Shown here: piece by piece, positions 25,493-35,957 of the stretch
Layout of the letters: each line of letters begins with the position of its first letter
Position numbering within the stretch: position 1 is the stretch's first letter
From: a virus
Taxonomy: Duplodnaviria; Caudoviricetes
Length of the DNA: 55,760 nt
Virus record (IMG/VR): IMGVR_UViG_3300048538_000042
Location: 1 to 55,760 of that record
Strand: one strand, 5' to 3'
The notes under the pieces: model-generated
Database searches by the model: none
Seen by the model: only the letters and a program-made list of their open reading frames with translations
What the model was told of the DNA's origin: nothing
Position numbers and translations under genes: made by a program

Positions 25493-26746
25493 CTATCCTT
25501 GCTTCACAACATTTCCGGACAGATCTCGAACTGTGCCATCCTCGTCTATTGTTCCGACCTTAGTTGTAGTACCGTCAGGATTTACTTGGATAACATCGGT
25601 GCCTTCTGTTCGTATTGTCGCGGAAGGCGTTTGTTCGCCACCCCCATCTCGAGGCGTCTCAGCCCCACCAATAACCCCTGCGGCACGAGCATCCCTTACA
25701 AGCCCTGGAGCAGCAGCTTCTAAATCGACCAACACTTCGTCAATGCCTCTGGTTCCGCCTCCGCTATATTCTTTCCATAAGGTTATAAACGCTTTTCCGT
25801 CCGCGGTACTAAGCCATTGACCATCTTTCGAAGCATCTTTTCCTGCCGCCCTCGCCCGAGCCTGCGCAAGTGCAGCTTCCTGTGCTGCACGACGCTGTGC
25901 GGTTTCACGTTCCACGGCCAAGCCTTCTACCGCAGCTTGAGATATCCGAGCGCCTAGTGTGGGTCGTATTTCCTGCCCTGTCTGAGGGTTAACGTAGCTT
26001 CCTGAAATCGCACCCGCAAGTTTCGCACCAAAGATCGCTCTGTTTAACTGATCAATTCCCGCTTCTGCTGGAACGGCTTCGATTCCGGTGGATACCGCGG
26101 CCTTAACCAAATCTTTCTTTGTGTCCCCTGTTTGCTGATCTTCAGGAACTACATCCTTAATAATTTCCGCCGCCGCCGCTTCAGGGTTTTCTAACATCTT
26201 CGCAGGAGCCGCCATGTCCGCCCCTTTGGGCAGACCAAGTTTCGCGGGGTCCTCAGTCGTAATCGCCGTCTGACCAAACTCAAACGCTTTGTCGAATGAC
26301 ATTCCTGTGCTTTTTTCCAACTGCGACTGTAATTTAGGTGTCATGTAGTGGTTAGCAAACGCAGAGCCCCCTTCGTTAAACTTTGCCACCCCAGGTTTTT
26401 GAGCCATGGGCCGAGGAGCGGGGGCCATGGGCCGAGGAGCAGGACGAGGAGCGGGAGCCATAGGAGCAGAGCCCTGCTGTATCCCTGCGATATTAGGGAT
26501 AGGCTGAGAAGGTGGCAGCATCTGAGTCATGGGAGCGGGCATAGGCTGGGCCATAGGAGCGGGAGCTTGGGATCTAGGCAGCACAACAGGCTGACGCATT
26601 GCAACCGCCTGCATTAGTTCAGGTGAAGACGCTAAGATGCCTCCCCCCTGCGGGGGCATAGGCTGTACGCCACCCATCTGACGGAGCTTGTTTCGTGCTT
26701 CGTCAGACTTCTTTGCGAACAGCTTCCGGTTGTAAACTCCGTCCAT
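25493..26746 (-). CDS. Putative internal virion protein with Pro/Met-rich N-terminus
   Basis: 417 aa in the ejection-protein cluster; FNEGG motif. Confidence 0.65.
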   Translation of the reverse strand: MDGVYNRKLFAKKSDEARNKLRQMGGVQPMPPQGGGILASSPELMQAVAMRQPVVLPRSQAPAPMAQPMPAPMTQMLPPSQPIPNIAGIQQGSAPMAPAPRPAPRPMAPAPRPMAQKPGVAKFNEGGSAFANHYMTPKLQSQLEKSTGMSFDKAFEFGQTAITTEDPAKLGLPKGADMAAPAKMLENPEAAAAEIIKDVVPEDQQTGDTKKDLVKAAVSTGIEAVPAEAGIDQLNRAIFGAKLAGAISGSYVNPQTGQEIRPTLGARISQAAVEGLAVERETAQRRAAQEAALAQARARAAGKDASKDGQWLSTADGKAFITLWKEYSGGGTRGIDEVLVDLEAAAPGLVRDARAAGVIGGAETPRDGGGEQTPSATIRTEGTDVIQVNPDGTTTKVGTIDEDGTVRDLSGNVVKQG

Positions 26747-26752
26747 CTTTAC

Positions 26753-28015
26753 CTACCTATTTGTTATGGCACCAAGGCCAGAAGATCCGCCGTACATTTG
26801 CTGGTATGAATCAAGACCCATGGCAGTTCCGACTGTGCTACCAAGTACGTTTTGTTCCGGCGCTACACCCAAGGTTAATGACGAAGAAGGAGTACCTCTA
26901 GTTGCTGTGGCAAATATGTTTGCCAAAGACTCAAACCGTGTGAATGGCTCGTACATCTCTTCGATACCAGCTTGACGCTGTACATCATACTCAGACTGCA
27001 TCTGTGTTTGCTCTATACCACCTAAGTCCATCAAGCTCTTTACGTCTCGGCCTCCAAGAAGCTGTGCGAACTGCCCTAAGCCTGCTTGTGACGAGCCTAG
27101 ACCTTGGAAAACTTGTGCACCCGACTGACCACGGGACAGTTGATTTTCAAAGGCCGTTTGTGATCCTTTTAAAGCGTCTGTGTACCCTGCGGAGCGTAAC
27201 TGCGCCCCTGTTCGAGCCTTTTGCTGTTCGATGTTACGTTGAAGTTCCGACTCTGCAACAGCTTGACGAGATCCACCAAATGCTCCGGCACCCACCGCCC
27301 GAGCACGTTCACCAATCTTGTCGATGTCCCCCGCACGTTGAATTTCCGCCTGCGTTACGTCAATCACATCTTCAACAAACGGATCGTAAAAGTCTGATAC
27401 GCCCCCTGTGCGAACTTCTTTTCCCGTTACAGGATCAGTACGCGCAACTTGTTTAGTTGCGCCTGTTACAGGGTCAGTGACCGTATCATATACTATCTGA
27501 CCAAGAGGGTCATACGTTAGCGCCTGCCCCGTTACAGGATCAAAACCAGTGCCAAGAGCCGAGATCCCCGACTCATAGGTTTGTTTAGCCTCTTCCAGCA
27601 TTGGCGCATATGCACCAATTCCTTCGACACCTAATTTGAGCCCCGCCAGTTGCGTGTCCGTAAAAGGCAAAACATCAGGACGTGGAATGCCGCCAACAAC
27701 GTCTGGAATAGGCTGACCACGAGCATCAAGAACTAGATTACCGTCAGGGTCCCGACGGTAAAGAGGATTGCCTTCCTCGTCTACCCGTGGAGTTCCATAT
27801 AACGCAGACATCGAGCCTATACCCGCGGCATACGACTCCATTACAGGAACCTGTTCTCCCGTTTCAGGATCCGTTTCAAACCGAAGATTACCTTCCGAGT
27901 CTACCGCCTGACGCTCTTCCGTGCGGTACAGATTAGCCAAAAGGTCCTTTATAAACCGCTCTTGATACTCCGGTAAAAGGTTTAGCGTTTGATTGGTAAC
28001 AATTGTCTCTGCCAT
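26753..28015 (-). CDS. Putative DNA-transfer / ejection protein
   Basis: GAGAFGGSRQAVAESEL motif common in podovirus internal proteins. Confidence 0.65.
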   Translation of the reverse strand: MAETIVTNQTLNLLPEYQERFIKDLLANLYRTEERQAVDSEGNLRFETDPETGEQVPVMESYAAGIGSMSALYGTPRVDEEGNPLYRRDPDGNLVLDARGQPIPDVVGGIPRPDVLPFTDTQLAGLKLGVEGIGAYAPMLEEAKQTYESGISALGTGFDPVTGQALTYDPLGQIVYDTVTDPVTGATKQVARTDPVTGKEVRTGGVSDFYDPFVEDVIDVTQAEIQRAGDIDKIGERARAVGAGAFGGSRQAVAESELQRNIEQQKARTGAQLRSAGYTDALKGSQTAFENQLSRGQSGAQVFQGLGSSQAGLGQFAQLLGGRDVKSLMDLGGIEQTQMQSEYDVQRQAGIEEMYEPFTRFESLANIFATATRGTPSSSLTLGVAPEQNVLGSTVGTAMGLDSYQQMYGGSSGLGAITNR

Positions 28016-28779
28016 TATGCTCTCCGCTCAAACTGGTTCATCATCTGGTACATCTTCGCAGCCCCCGCATTTCGATTGCCGCCTCCTGCACCTTTAACAG
28101 CATCCGCCGTCATGACAAACTCCCCGTCCGAAAGCCTAGCTTCCTGAACCCGTCCTCCGTCTTGGTAAATTGCAGCGGGTATACTATCACTTTTACCCGT
28201 GCCTGGTCCTTCAATGTAGCCACCGTTCATCATCGTGGCAATTCCACGGCGATAGTCCGGAGCAGCCGTACCTTGATAATCAGGCACTCGCTCACCCGTT
28301 GCTGCCTGTCGTTTTTGCAAAGGCGTAAGAGGCGTCGCTTTGGGCTCTCCCGCTTGAAGTAATCCTGCAAGAAGTAAGTTGTCACTTATTCCCCCAAACA
28401 GACCTTGACTAGCTTGTGCCGACGGAGCAATCCCTGATCCTGCTTTTACCCCAGTTCCGATTTTAGAAATAGCGTCCCCAATAGGAGCCGTTGCCTTCAT
28501 CACACCAGGAGCAATCTTTCCAAGAGCAGCTTGTTGTGCCGCTTGCTGCGCTGCGAACTGACCAGCTATGCCTTGCATACCCATCATGCCCGCACCTTGT
28601 GCCGCCAAACCAGACACACCGGGAAGCGAGCCAATCCCATATCCCATTACACCCGCCTTTAAAGCGTCCCCGATATCACCGCCATCGGCAACAGCACCAA
28701 TAGCGCCCCCAATAGAGGCCCCCAACGGGCCAAACGCCGCTAGACCAACCAAACCCCCGATTGCAGATACAAGGCTCAT
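28015..28779 (-). CDS. Gly/Ala-rich putative internal virion protein
   Basis: Glycine-zipper-like N-terminus; GGYIEGPGTGKSDSIPA...LSDGEFV motif. Confidence 0.65.
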   Translation of the reverse strand: MSLVSAIGGLVGLAAFGPLGASIGGAIGAVADGGDIGDALKAGVMGYGIGSLPGVSGLAAQGAGMMGMQGIAGQFAAQQAAQQAALGKIAPGVMKATAPIGDAISKIGTGVKAGSGIAPSAQASQGLFGGISDNLLLAGLLQAGEPKATPLTPLQKRQAATGERVPDYQGTAAPDYRRGIATMMNGGYIEGPGTGKSDSIPAAIYQDGGRVQEARLSDGEFVMTADAVKGAGGGNRNAGAAKMYQMMNQFERRA

Positions 28780-29006
28780 TATGTTTCTCCTGAAATAGCT
28801 TGAGGCGCAGTCACTGTTATGCTTGTACTACGTTTTTCAGATCCTGTCCAAGGTTGTGAACATTGAGGACAATTACCGTCAGGGTAACTTACGATCTCTG
28901 CGGGCGTATCAACTGCGTTGTCGCAGCTTACACAATGCACTGTATCAGAACTCGTCGAAGGTTTCCACTTCGAACCGTTTGCCATTGTTAAAATAGTGTC
29001 GCTCAT
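28779..29006 (-). CDS. Small zinc-ribbon protein
   Basis: CVSC...CPQC. Confidence 0.7.
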   Translation of the reverse strand: MSDTILTMANGSKWKPSTSSDTVHCVSCDNAVDTPAEIVSYPDGNCPQCSQPWTGSEKRSTSITVTAPQAISGET

Positions 29007-29299
29007 GATGTTGTCACCGTAACTGTTCCAACCCCGCCCGTGCCAGTGGATCCGCGCACATGGGGACTGTTGCTTAGAGTTATCTTAACAAAACCGTCCT
29101 GCTGAAACAATGCCCCTGTTTCAAGACCGGAATCATCTGTCTGCAAGTCAGTCAAAGTTAACCTGGTGGCTCGTTCTTCCCCAGGGTTTTGCTGCTGCTC
29201 CATATAAACCGCGAAACTCCGCGTTAAGTTCGCGAAGTACTGCTGGTCATACTGTGCGGGTGGAACCGCGAAGAACGGAAGAATTAGGTTTCGAGACAC
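29003..29299 (-). CDS. Hypothetical structural protein
   Basis: Coupled ORF ending VGTVTVTTS. Confidence 0.75.
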   Translation of the reverse strand: MSRNLILPFFAVPPAQYDQQYFANLTRSFAVYMEQQQNPGEERATRLTLTDLQTDDSGLETGALFQQDGFVKITLSNSPHVRGSTGTGGVGTVTVTTS

Positions 29300-31209
29300 T
29301 ATCTCCTCCCGTCAGTCCGAATATCCAGCCTTGGAGATCCCAGCCTCCAACCCACACCTGAATCGTCGGACTCTACGCGCATCGCAAAGCTACGCCCTCG
29401 CAACCGCAAATGCACTTGCTCGGTAAACTGCTCCACAGGAACAGACGCCGTCTTAGTAACCTGTTTCTCCGTAGATTGCAGATAGTTTCCACCAGGGAAG
29501 TTGCGGGTCTTGATCGTAAAGTTCGCACTCGGGCTGACTGCAGTAGATCCACGGAACGTAACATCAGGTATCATCCGCCTAATGAAAGCAAACTTGTCTC
29601 CGTCCCCAATGTCTATCTGACTGGACTCGATGTACGCCGTAAATGCAGAGCCATCGTCGTCGAAGCCCGTTTCCTGAGAGTACAAATAATTGTTGGGCCC
29701 TGCCGCAATAGGCTGGTCGAAAATACCACGATCCATCCAGAAGCTGCGGGACAATGTACCATAGTACCAAATCTGCTGCTGGTAGTTGTAAACAACGTAA
29801 CGGTTGTTTACTTGGCTAGTAGCCGAGGGGTAAAACCACCAGACCTCAGAGAACGACGTGTTGCTAGAAGCTACAATCTTCTCACGCTGGTCAAGGTTAA
29901 TATCGTCAAACACATAGTCTCGAACCGTACAAGGTAGCCGTTGTACTGTACCGCCATACGCATAGAACTCTTTCAGTCCCATCCAGTACACATTGTCCTC
30001 AACAGGAATCGCCGCAAGCGGGCCCATAGTCGTGATGTTCTCTGATACCAAGTTCACACCAAAGGTAAACGGTGGTCCTAAGTATTGCATCGCGTACAAG
30101 GACTCGTCCGTAAACACCAAGACTTGCTGGCGCGTTTCAATCGCCATGACAATCTCGGACCCAGAACCAAGGCGCAACTCACCCGCAGTATTGGTCGCTG
30201 TCGCCGCCCAATCCGTCAGAGATTCTTGGGACGAGAACCGAATAGCCAACGGATCCTGCACACCAGGCTCGCTTTCCGTATCACACCCAAAAGCAATAAT
30301 ATGTCGATCACGGTCAGAAACCAAAACCTGCTTGGCAATGGTTGGCGTCGAATTAGCCCCCGACAAAGAATCAAGGCTCACGGCCCGAGAACTTGGGCCC
30401 AAGGTTTTGTCCCAGTAGTAGATCCCGCCGTTGCGTACATTTACGAGCAAGTCTTCGCCAAAGTTGTCATGTGTCCAAACGCGAAGTGTAGAGGTAATAA
30501 TAGGCGTGGAAGCGGCAGAGCCCCACGTTCCTCGGCCCCAGAAACCTACACCCCAACCCGCGCCAAAAGTGGATGTATCTAAACCTATGTTAATCTGATA
30601 CGCGCCGACAACCGCCGCGCCACCATTCCCTGTATCAGAGCCGTTCGCAGGAACAAGCGTTGGAGCAAGTTGCCCATCTACTGTAATGTCTGCAATGGTA
30701 GTGCCCGCGGTTCGAGCAGAAATAGTGTATGTGTTAGAGGTCAGTATGCCAGTAATATTATACTCTTGGTTCAATACCCCTGCGGTTATGGTCCCACCAA
30801 GACTAGCCGCGCCGCTAAAGGTCACAAAGTCTCCGGACACCGATCCGTGGTTTGCATCTGTTACGGTAATCGTTGATGACCCGTTGGTGGCGGCAAAGGT
30901 TACATCTCCCGCAGCGGTCGTAGCGCGAATTGGAGTTATGTCGGCAAAAGAACCACCGTCTTGATTTAGGTAATACTTGAGGCTCGTACCAATACCGATG
31001 TAACGACTGTTATCTAAAGCCACCCAAGGGTGCATCGCCCTGGCAGTTCCAAGGTACGAGAACCCCGAAAACTTCTCCCACCCACCAATCTTCTCGGGCA
31101 TACCGAAACGAAACCGTACCTTGTCCACATCAAACCAACCGCCCTCGTTCGTGTAGGACGTTGTTTCTCTATTAACACCAGGCTTGAACTGTAGTTTGGT
31201 AAGCGGCAT
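29299..31209 (-). CDS. Tail tube / packaged-DNA stabilisation protein (P22 gp10-like)
   Basis: MPLTKLQFKPG..., IRFSSQE, RLRGR near the C-terminus; beta-rich, 636 aa. Confidence 0.7.
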   Translation of the reverse strand: MPLTKLQFKPGVNRETTSYTNEGGWFDVDKVRFRFGMPEKIGGWEKFSGFSYLGTARAMHPWVALDNSRYIGIGTSLKYYLNQDGGSFADITPIRATTAAGDVTFAATNGSSTITVTDANHGSVSGDFVTFSGAASLGGTITAGVLNQEYNITGILTSNTYTISARTAGTTIADITVDGQLAPTLVPANGSDTGNGGAAVVGAYQINIGLDTSTFGAGWGVGFWGRGTWGSAASTPIITSTLRVWTHDNFGEDLLVNVRNGGIYYWDKTLGPSSRAVSLDSLSGANSTPTIAKQVLVSDRDRHIIAFGCDTESEPGVQDPLAIRFSSQESLTDWAATATNTAGELRLGSGSEIVMAIETRQQVLVFTDESLYAMQYLGPPFTFGVNLVSENITTMGPLAAIPVEDNVYWMGLKEFYAYGGTVQRLPCTVRDYVFDDINLDQREKIVASSNTSFSEVWWFYPSATSQVNNRYVVYNYQQQIWYYGTLSRSFWMDRGIFDQPIAAGPNNYLYSQETGFDDDGSAFTAYIESSQIDIGDGDKFAFIRRMIPDVTFRGSTAVSPSANFTIKTRNFPGGNYLQSTEKQVTKTASVPVEQFTEQVHLRLRGRSFAMRVESDDSGVGWRLGSPRLDIRTDGRR

Positions 31210-31219
31210 GTAACATATC

Positions 31220-31567
31220 CTATGCGTTTAAAGCGTCAAGATCATCCCAAACACGTTGAGCATGTGCAGCCGCGTCAAAGGCAACAGTTGCATCAGGATC
31301 ATCTGGGTCTGGATCTGTCCAGCTATTTGCTGATGCTTGCGCTGCCAGATACGTTTGCAAGTTTGCCTTAGATGTGACCTCTTCAATCGCACCAGAGACG
31401 TCTGCGCCATCTGCGGAAATACCAATCATAATCCAATCTTGCGGTGACGCAGTGCTGGGGTCAGCAACCGAGTACATGCCGCCAGTTGATTGCGGAACAC
31501 CAAACTTTAGCCACGTTGGAATGGTGCCGTTTGCTTCAAGCCGATACTTTACAACTTTATGAGCCAT
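31220..31567 (-). CDS. Hypothetical tail-region protein
   Basis: 115 aa, overlaps the upstream gene. Confidence 0.75.
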   Translation of the reverse strand: MAHKVVKYRLEANGTIPTWLKFGVPQSTGGMYSVADPSTASPQDWIMIGISADGADVSGAIEEVTSKANLQTYLAAQASANSWTDPDPDDPDATVAFDAAAHAQRVWDDLDALNA

Positions 31568-32408
31568 CAGTTTGATCCTCTATCTGCGGGGTATTCGTTA
31601 AAGATGTTTCGTCGAGTATAGCAAACCCACGGCTCTCTGCAAAGGCGCTTGGACAATGCGCCCATTTGTCAGCGCAAGCCTCTAACCACTGCACGGTGTG
31701 GTGATGCTCTGGCGCTTTGCCTTCTTTGATAAGCTCGTTTTCCCAGTTGAGATATGACATAACCTCTAGCTGCGCTTGTGCTGCGTTGATGCCAAGATCG
31801 AACAGGTAAATCATATTGCCTTCGTCGATCACACCATTGCGTGGACGGGCAGAGTTTAGAGCCTGCTTCATGCAAGTCATTATGTGGTATTTGACTTCCT
31901 CAAGCTCATAATCAGCCTCTGACAACTCATCCTTGCCGATCTTCTTCATCAGGTTGTCATACTGATTGGTAAAGAAGTTTAGCTTGCGAACAGCCGCCTC
32001 AACATAGCCACGAGATGATGCAGCGTTAGCCTCTTTCTCGTTAATCTTTATCTCAAGCATTTCGCGCTCAAGATCGTCAGCCTCATTCTCTAGCTTGCGC
32101 TCCAGCTTCTTGAGCTTGACTTCTTCCTTCTTCATACGGAAGTAGCCTTCCTGCAAGGCAGACTTGGTTTTCTCAATCTCAGCAAGCGTATGCTTCACAG
32201 AACGAATAGGCGTAATTGCTGTAACGTCTAGCGTTACGCTCATCATCTGAGAGTGCGACTTGTAAAAGTTACTAGACGCCTGTGCGATTGCAGGGGCCTT
32301 CTCTTGGATATTAGACAGCATCGACTTATACTCAGGCTTCGCAGATGGAAGCTGAATGTTAAGGTCTACCGTGGCTAATGCCGTTTCTTTCACTGTATCT
32401 TTAGGCAT
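31557..32408 (-). CDS. Coiled-coil hypothetical protein of the tail-fibre region
   Basis: 283 aa, coupled. Confidence 0.8.
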   Translation of the reverse strand: MPKDTVKETALATVDLNIQLPSAKPEYKSMLSNIQEKAPAIAQASSNFYKSHSQMMSVTLDVTAITPIRSVKHTLAEIEKTKSALQEGYFRMKKEEVKLKKLERKLENEADDLEREMLEIKINEKEANAASSRGYVEAAVRKLNFFTNQYDNLMKKIGKDELSEADYELEEVKYHIMTCMKQALNSARPRNGVIDEGNMIYLFDLGINAAQAQLEVMSYLNWENELIKEGKAPEHHHTVQWLEACADKWAHCPSAFAESRGFAILDETSLTNTPQIEDQTDGS

Positions 32409-32926
32409 TATTCGGGCTTCTCTGGAAGCGTGTGAGTATGAGGCCAGCCAGAGGCACTTGGCAAGTTACGAAGTGCTTGGCGATATGTTGCCCACTCTGC
32501 TTTCTTCTCCGTAGATAATGCGCTGTCAGGTATCTGAGTCCAATCACATTCAGCAAGAAGCGATGTTCTCGTAGACCTTGCGCTTGCGGCGGTGTCTGCA
32601 TCGACACGAGCGCGGTATGCTGTAGTTTGAGCATTAACTGTTTGCACTTCGCCATCATCGTCAGTGTATTCGGTAAATACAGGGCCAACAGAATTAACTG
32701 TGTACCAAACCCCATCATCTCCCTTTGCAACGCCCGATTCATACGAATATTCATACGGTGCAGTCGGCTTTGCGGGAGCGCCAATCAATACAGGGTCAGC
32801 ACCAAGCTGATCCAAGCGTTCCTTACTTATGCCAGCCGTAAGAACTGGACGAACCTTCTTGTTGCGAGTGCGAAAAGTCGTTTCAGTGACTACTTCGCCT
32901 GTTTCTCTTATGCGAATTTTTGCCAT
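32408..32926 (-). CDS. Tail fibre assembly chaperone
   Basis: RSTRTSLLAECDWTQ...WATYRQALRNLP signature. Confidence 0.8.
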   Translation of the reverse strand: MAKIRIRETGEVVTETTFRTRNKKVRPVLTAGISKERLDQLGADPVLIGAPAKPTAPYEYSYESGVAKGDDGVWYTVNSVGPVFTEYTDDDGEVQTVNAQTTAYRARVDADTAASARSTRTSLLAECDWTQIPDSALSTEKKAEWATYRQALRNLPSASGWPHTHTLPEKPE

Positions 32927-32937
32927 TGTAGGCCCCT

Positions 32938-35004
32938 TTATGCTATTGCGTAGAAGATGTAAGTACCCGCAGTAAAGCTGCTGGTAATCGTGAAGCCTGA
33001 CGATAGCGGGTCAATGTAGTCTGTGTTCGTAACTTCTGCCGCTGTTGAGTTTAGCAGTAAATATGGGTCATTGCCTGACACAATGCCACGCTCACTATCC
33101 CAAACATACCAATCGCCAGATGCGTCAGTGCGCTTTAGAAGCACAAATCTAGCACCTGACGTAAAGCCACAGTCCACGTTTGTTGTTCCAGAATGGGTTG
33201 CTGAACCAACTTTGGATATGCCAGCAAGGGTTGCAAATAGATAGGCTATGTAGGTGGAAGAACTTCCGTTTACGTTACCTTGTGTGCCTAAAGTAAAAAC
33301 AGATGACGTTGGTGCAGTATCGTTCCACAGTGTATTGAGGTCATATTCCGCACTGGTTTCGTTTAAGTTTATGCCATATTGTTCTGGATTAGTGCCGCCG
33401 TTTAAACCCTTGTGATAAACACGCCACAAACCTGCTGCATTTCTTTTCTTCACCCACATCATTTCAGGCGCAACACCAAGGTTATGGCTTACAGTACGCC
33501 CTGCTGTTCCGTTCCCCGTGTATGCCACTACGTCCATGTAGCTAGGCGCACGTTTCCACATCCATTGATACAGGTTAGAATTAGTAAATGTGGCTGTGCC
33601 GATACCCGTCATCAGATCATTGTGCTGACCAGCATCATCACCAACAACTTCATCGGCTTCCGTATCATTTGGTTTTAAGTATGCCTCATCACCACGCATT
33701 CTATCAAACAGACGCCAGTTTTGTGATATGTCTGCTCTTTTATAAAGATACATATCAACAGGGAAACCAGCCGTGAACAAAGGAGGCGTAGGTGATGTCC
33801 CACTGGCAGTATCAATTGCAAACACCTCAGTCGCACTCGTAGGCGGCGCAAGTGGGCCACGGCGTATGGCTATGTAGATGTAAGTTGAGCCATTAACAGA
33901 TATGTTGTTGCCTCTTACAGCAAAACCATTTGCGTGAGGGTCAATACCGTAAGTATCTGATTGCTCTGCGTCAGATGTATTAGGTTTTAAGCGAGCATCA
34001 TTTCCAGAAGGTGTACTGCCAGTGCCGCCTTGGTCTGGCATACCACGCATAACATCAAAGATCATCCAGTCTTGACTTGAGTCAGTGCGCTTAATCATTA
34101 CCCACTGCGCCTCAAAGCCTAAGTCTATTTCTTGATAATTACCGGTTCCACTATAACTCCCACACTTAATAATGTCCGAACCATCAGGGCCGAAGTCACC
34201 GTCACCGTCATTGTGTGCGAATAGGTAGGCAACGTATGAGCGGCCTGTGGCGTTTACATTGCCATCATTTCCTAATGTAAATGCAGCGCTGGTAGGTTCA
34301 GTAGCATTCCAATAAGCCGTACCAGCATTACCCTCTGCGCCTGTGTCAAACTCTAAGTACTTGCCACTACCACTGGAGCGATGGTAAATAGTCCATGCTG
34401 TAGAACTTCTGCTTGTGCATTTTACAATAATAGTTCCGACAGTAGTGCCAAGGTTATGCGCAATCTCTCGCCCAGCAGTATTGTTCCCGTCCCATGTCAC
34501 CACATCAAAGAACTTAGGGGCTTTGCGGAATGTCCAAGAGACGTAGGTTTCATTAGTAGAAGAAAACGGGCCAGTAGTGAATCCGTTTGTTAAAAAAGAA
34601 GGCCCTGAGCCTATAGAACCTGACGCACCCTCTGCGTCTGTCTTATTACTGTGCAGGTAGTCTGTACCCGTTAAACCTCTATCAGAATCATACAAGAAAT
34701 GATTAGAGTAAAAGTCGCCACTACTCCTAGCTCGTGTCTTAAACCAAACCAAACCACCTTCGCCATCAAGGTCAATCCCGTTGGTAATCGTTTGTGAAGA
34801 GCCTGTGCCAGTATACAAATAAGTGCTGAACAAATCTGTAATATCAGGAGGAAGATTACCCGGTATAGGCCAAAGGCCTGCCTTTTGGTATGCAAGCTGT
34901 TCTTCTAAAGACCACACGCCTTTCGCGGCGCTGCCTTGAAAATTACCAGCAGGCGCTGTCGGGTTCTGCGTGATGATGTTGCCAAGATAGCGTTTATCAG
35001 ACAT
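32938..35004 (-). CDS. Tail fibre / receptor-binding protein with repeated DVVTWxGN-type modules
   Basis: Repeats YTGTGS, FFDVVTWDGN, MDVVAYTGNG, YVAYLFA; adjacent to the chaperone gene. Confidence 0.75.
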   Translation of the reverse strand: MSDKRYLGNIITQNPTAPAGNFQGSAAKGVWSLEEQLAYQKAGLWPIPGNLPPDITDLFSTYLYTGTGSSQTITNGIDLDGEGGLVWFKTRARSSGDFYSNHFLYDSDRGLTGTDYLHSNKTDAEGASGSIGSGPSFLTNGFTTGPFSSTNETYVSWTFRKAPKFFDVVTWDGNNTAGREIAHNLGTTVGTIIVKCTSRSSTAWTIYHRSSGSGKYLEFDTGAEGNAGTAYWNATEPTSAAFTLGNDGNVNATGRSYVAYLFAHNDGDGDFGPDGSDIIKCGSYSGTGNYQEIDLGFEAQWVMIKRTDSSQDWMIFDVMRGMPDQGGTGSTPSGNDARLKPNTSDAEQSDTYGIDPHANGFAVRGNNISVNGSTYIYIAIRRGPLAPPTSATEVFAIDTASGTSPTPPLFTAGFPVDMYLYKRADISQNWRLFDRMRGDEAYLKPNDTEADEVVGDDAGQHNDLMTGIGTATFTNSNLYQWMWKRAPSYMDVVAYTGNGTAGRTVSHNLGVAPEMMWVKKRNAAGLWRVYHKGLNGGTNPEQYGINLNETSAEYDLNTLWNDTAPTSSVFTLGTQGNVNGSSSTYIAYLFATLAGISKVGSATHSGTTNVDCGFTSGARFVLLKRTDASGDWYVWDSERGIVSGNDPYLLLNSTAAEVTNTDYIDPLSSGFTITSSFTAGTYIFYAIA

Positions 35005-35957
35005 TATGAAAGTCCTCCGTGGGCAGTAGATACAGCACCCGTACCACCATTGCCAAAGTATAAATCCCCAAAGTCAGTTGAGTTACCCGTAGAGGATATA
35101 GTAATATACTCACAGGCAGAAGTCGCTTCTCCCACCTGTATTAAACCTCTTGTGGAATTACTTGTACCCGTAGCAAATTGTTTACCCACGCTTAAATCGC
35201 CAAAGTCTAAAGCATTGCCCGTTGAAGCTATAGTGACATATTGAATAGTATTAACTAAAGCTGAACCGCTAAAACCCCCTGCTATTATACCTCGTGTGGA
35301 ACTTGAAAGCCCCGCACAATCGCCTTGAGATGTTACTAAATTCCCAAAATCAGTAGCATTCCCAGCAGAAGCTATAGTAACATAATCAATCGTATTGACT
35401 ACCGTTGGAGTTTTGCCGCCCGCAAAAACACTTCTCGTAGGTGATGAAAAGCCAGCCAAAGAGCCTCGTGCTTGCGTGGTATCTCCAAAGTCAGTAGCAT
35501 TTCCTGTTGATGCTATGGTAATAAAACTTATCGTATTAACTATATACCCATCAACAAAAATTCCACGGGTTTCGTTTCCTGAACCGCTGTCACTTTTTAT
35601 ATTTGTGTTTTGAGCATCGCCAAAGTCACCTGTAACTCCAAGCGACCGCATAGTTACAAATTCCATTACATTAGACTTTAAGTTGCCTGTAGATTTACCA
35701 AAAGCATAAACACCACGAGTGCTTGAAGACATCCCCGCAGTGTAAAAATTACCAGCAGACAAATCTCCCCAAGTAATTCCGTTGCCCGTTGTGGTAATAA
35801 CCACATAATAAACACCTGCTTCTGCGGCCTGACCTGACGTAAACAACGCAAGATCCCCCGTTATTGGGGGCAGAGGCCAAGCCCCAGCATTCTGATACTG
35901 CGTTGAGAGCGACCATACACCTTGATAATTGGGCATTATGAAAGTCCTCCGTGGGCA
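35002..35957. repeat. 24-bp exact direct repeat flanking the 310-aa gene
   Basis: CATTATGAAAGTCCTCCGTGGGCA at 35002-35025 and 35934-35957. Confidence 0.9.
35004..35936 (-). CDS. Beta-propeller-like fibre/virion protein (IDYVTIASTGNATDFGDL repeats)
   Basis: About 6 internal repeats of roughly 45 aa. Confidence 0.75.
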   Translation of the reverse strand: MPNYQGVWSLSTQYQNAGAWPLPPITGDLALFTSGQAAEAGVYYVVITTTGNGITWGDLSAGNFYTAGMSSSTRGVYAFGKSTGNLKSNVMEFVTMRSLGVTGDFGDAQNTNIKSDSGSGNETRGIFVDGYIVNTISFITIASTGNATDFGDTTQARGSLAGFSSPTRSVFAGGKTPTVVNTIDYVTIASAGNATDFGNLVTSQGDCAGLSSSTRGIIAGGFSGSALVNTIQYVTIASTGNALDFGDLSVGKQFATGTSNSTRGLIQVGEATSACEYITISSTGNSTDFGDLYFGNGGTGAVSTAHGGLS

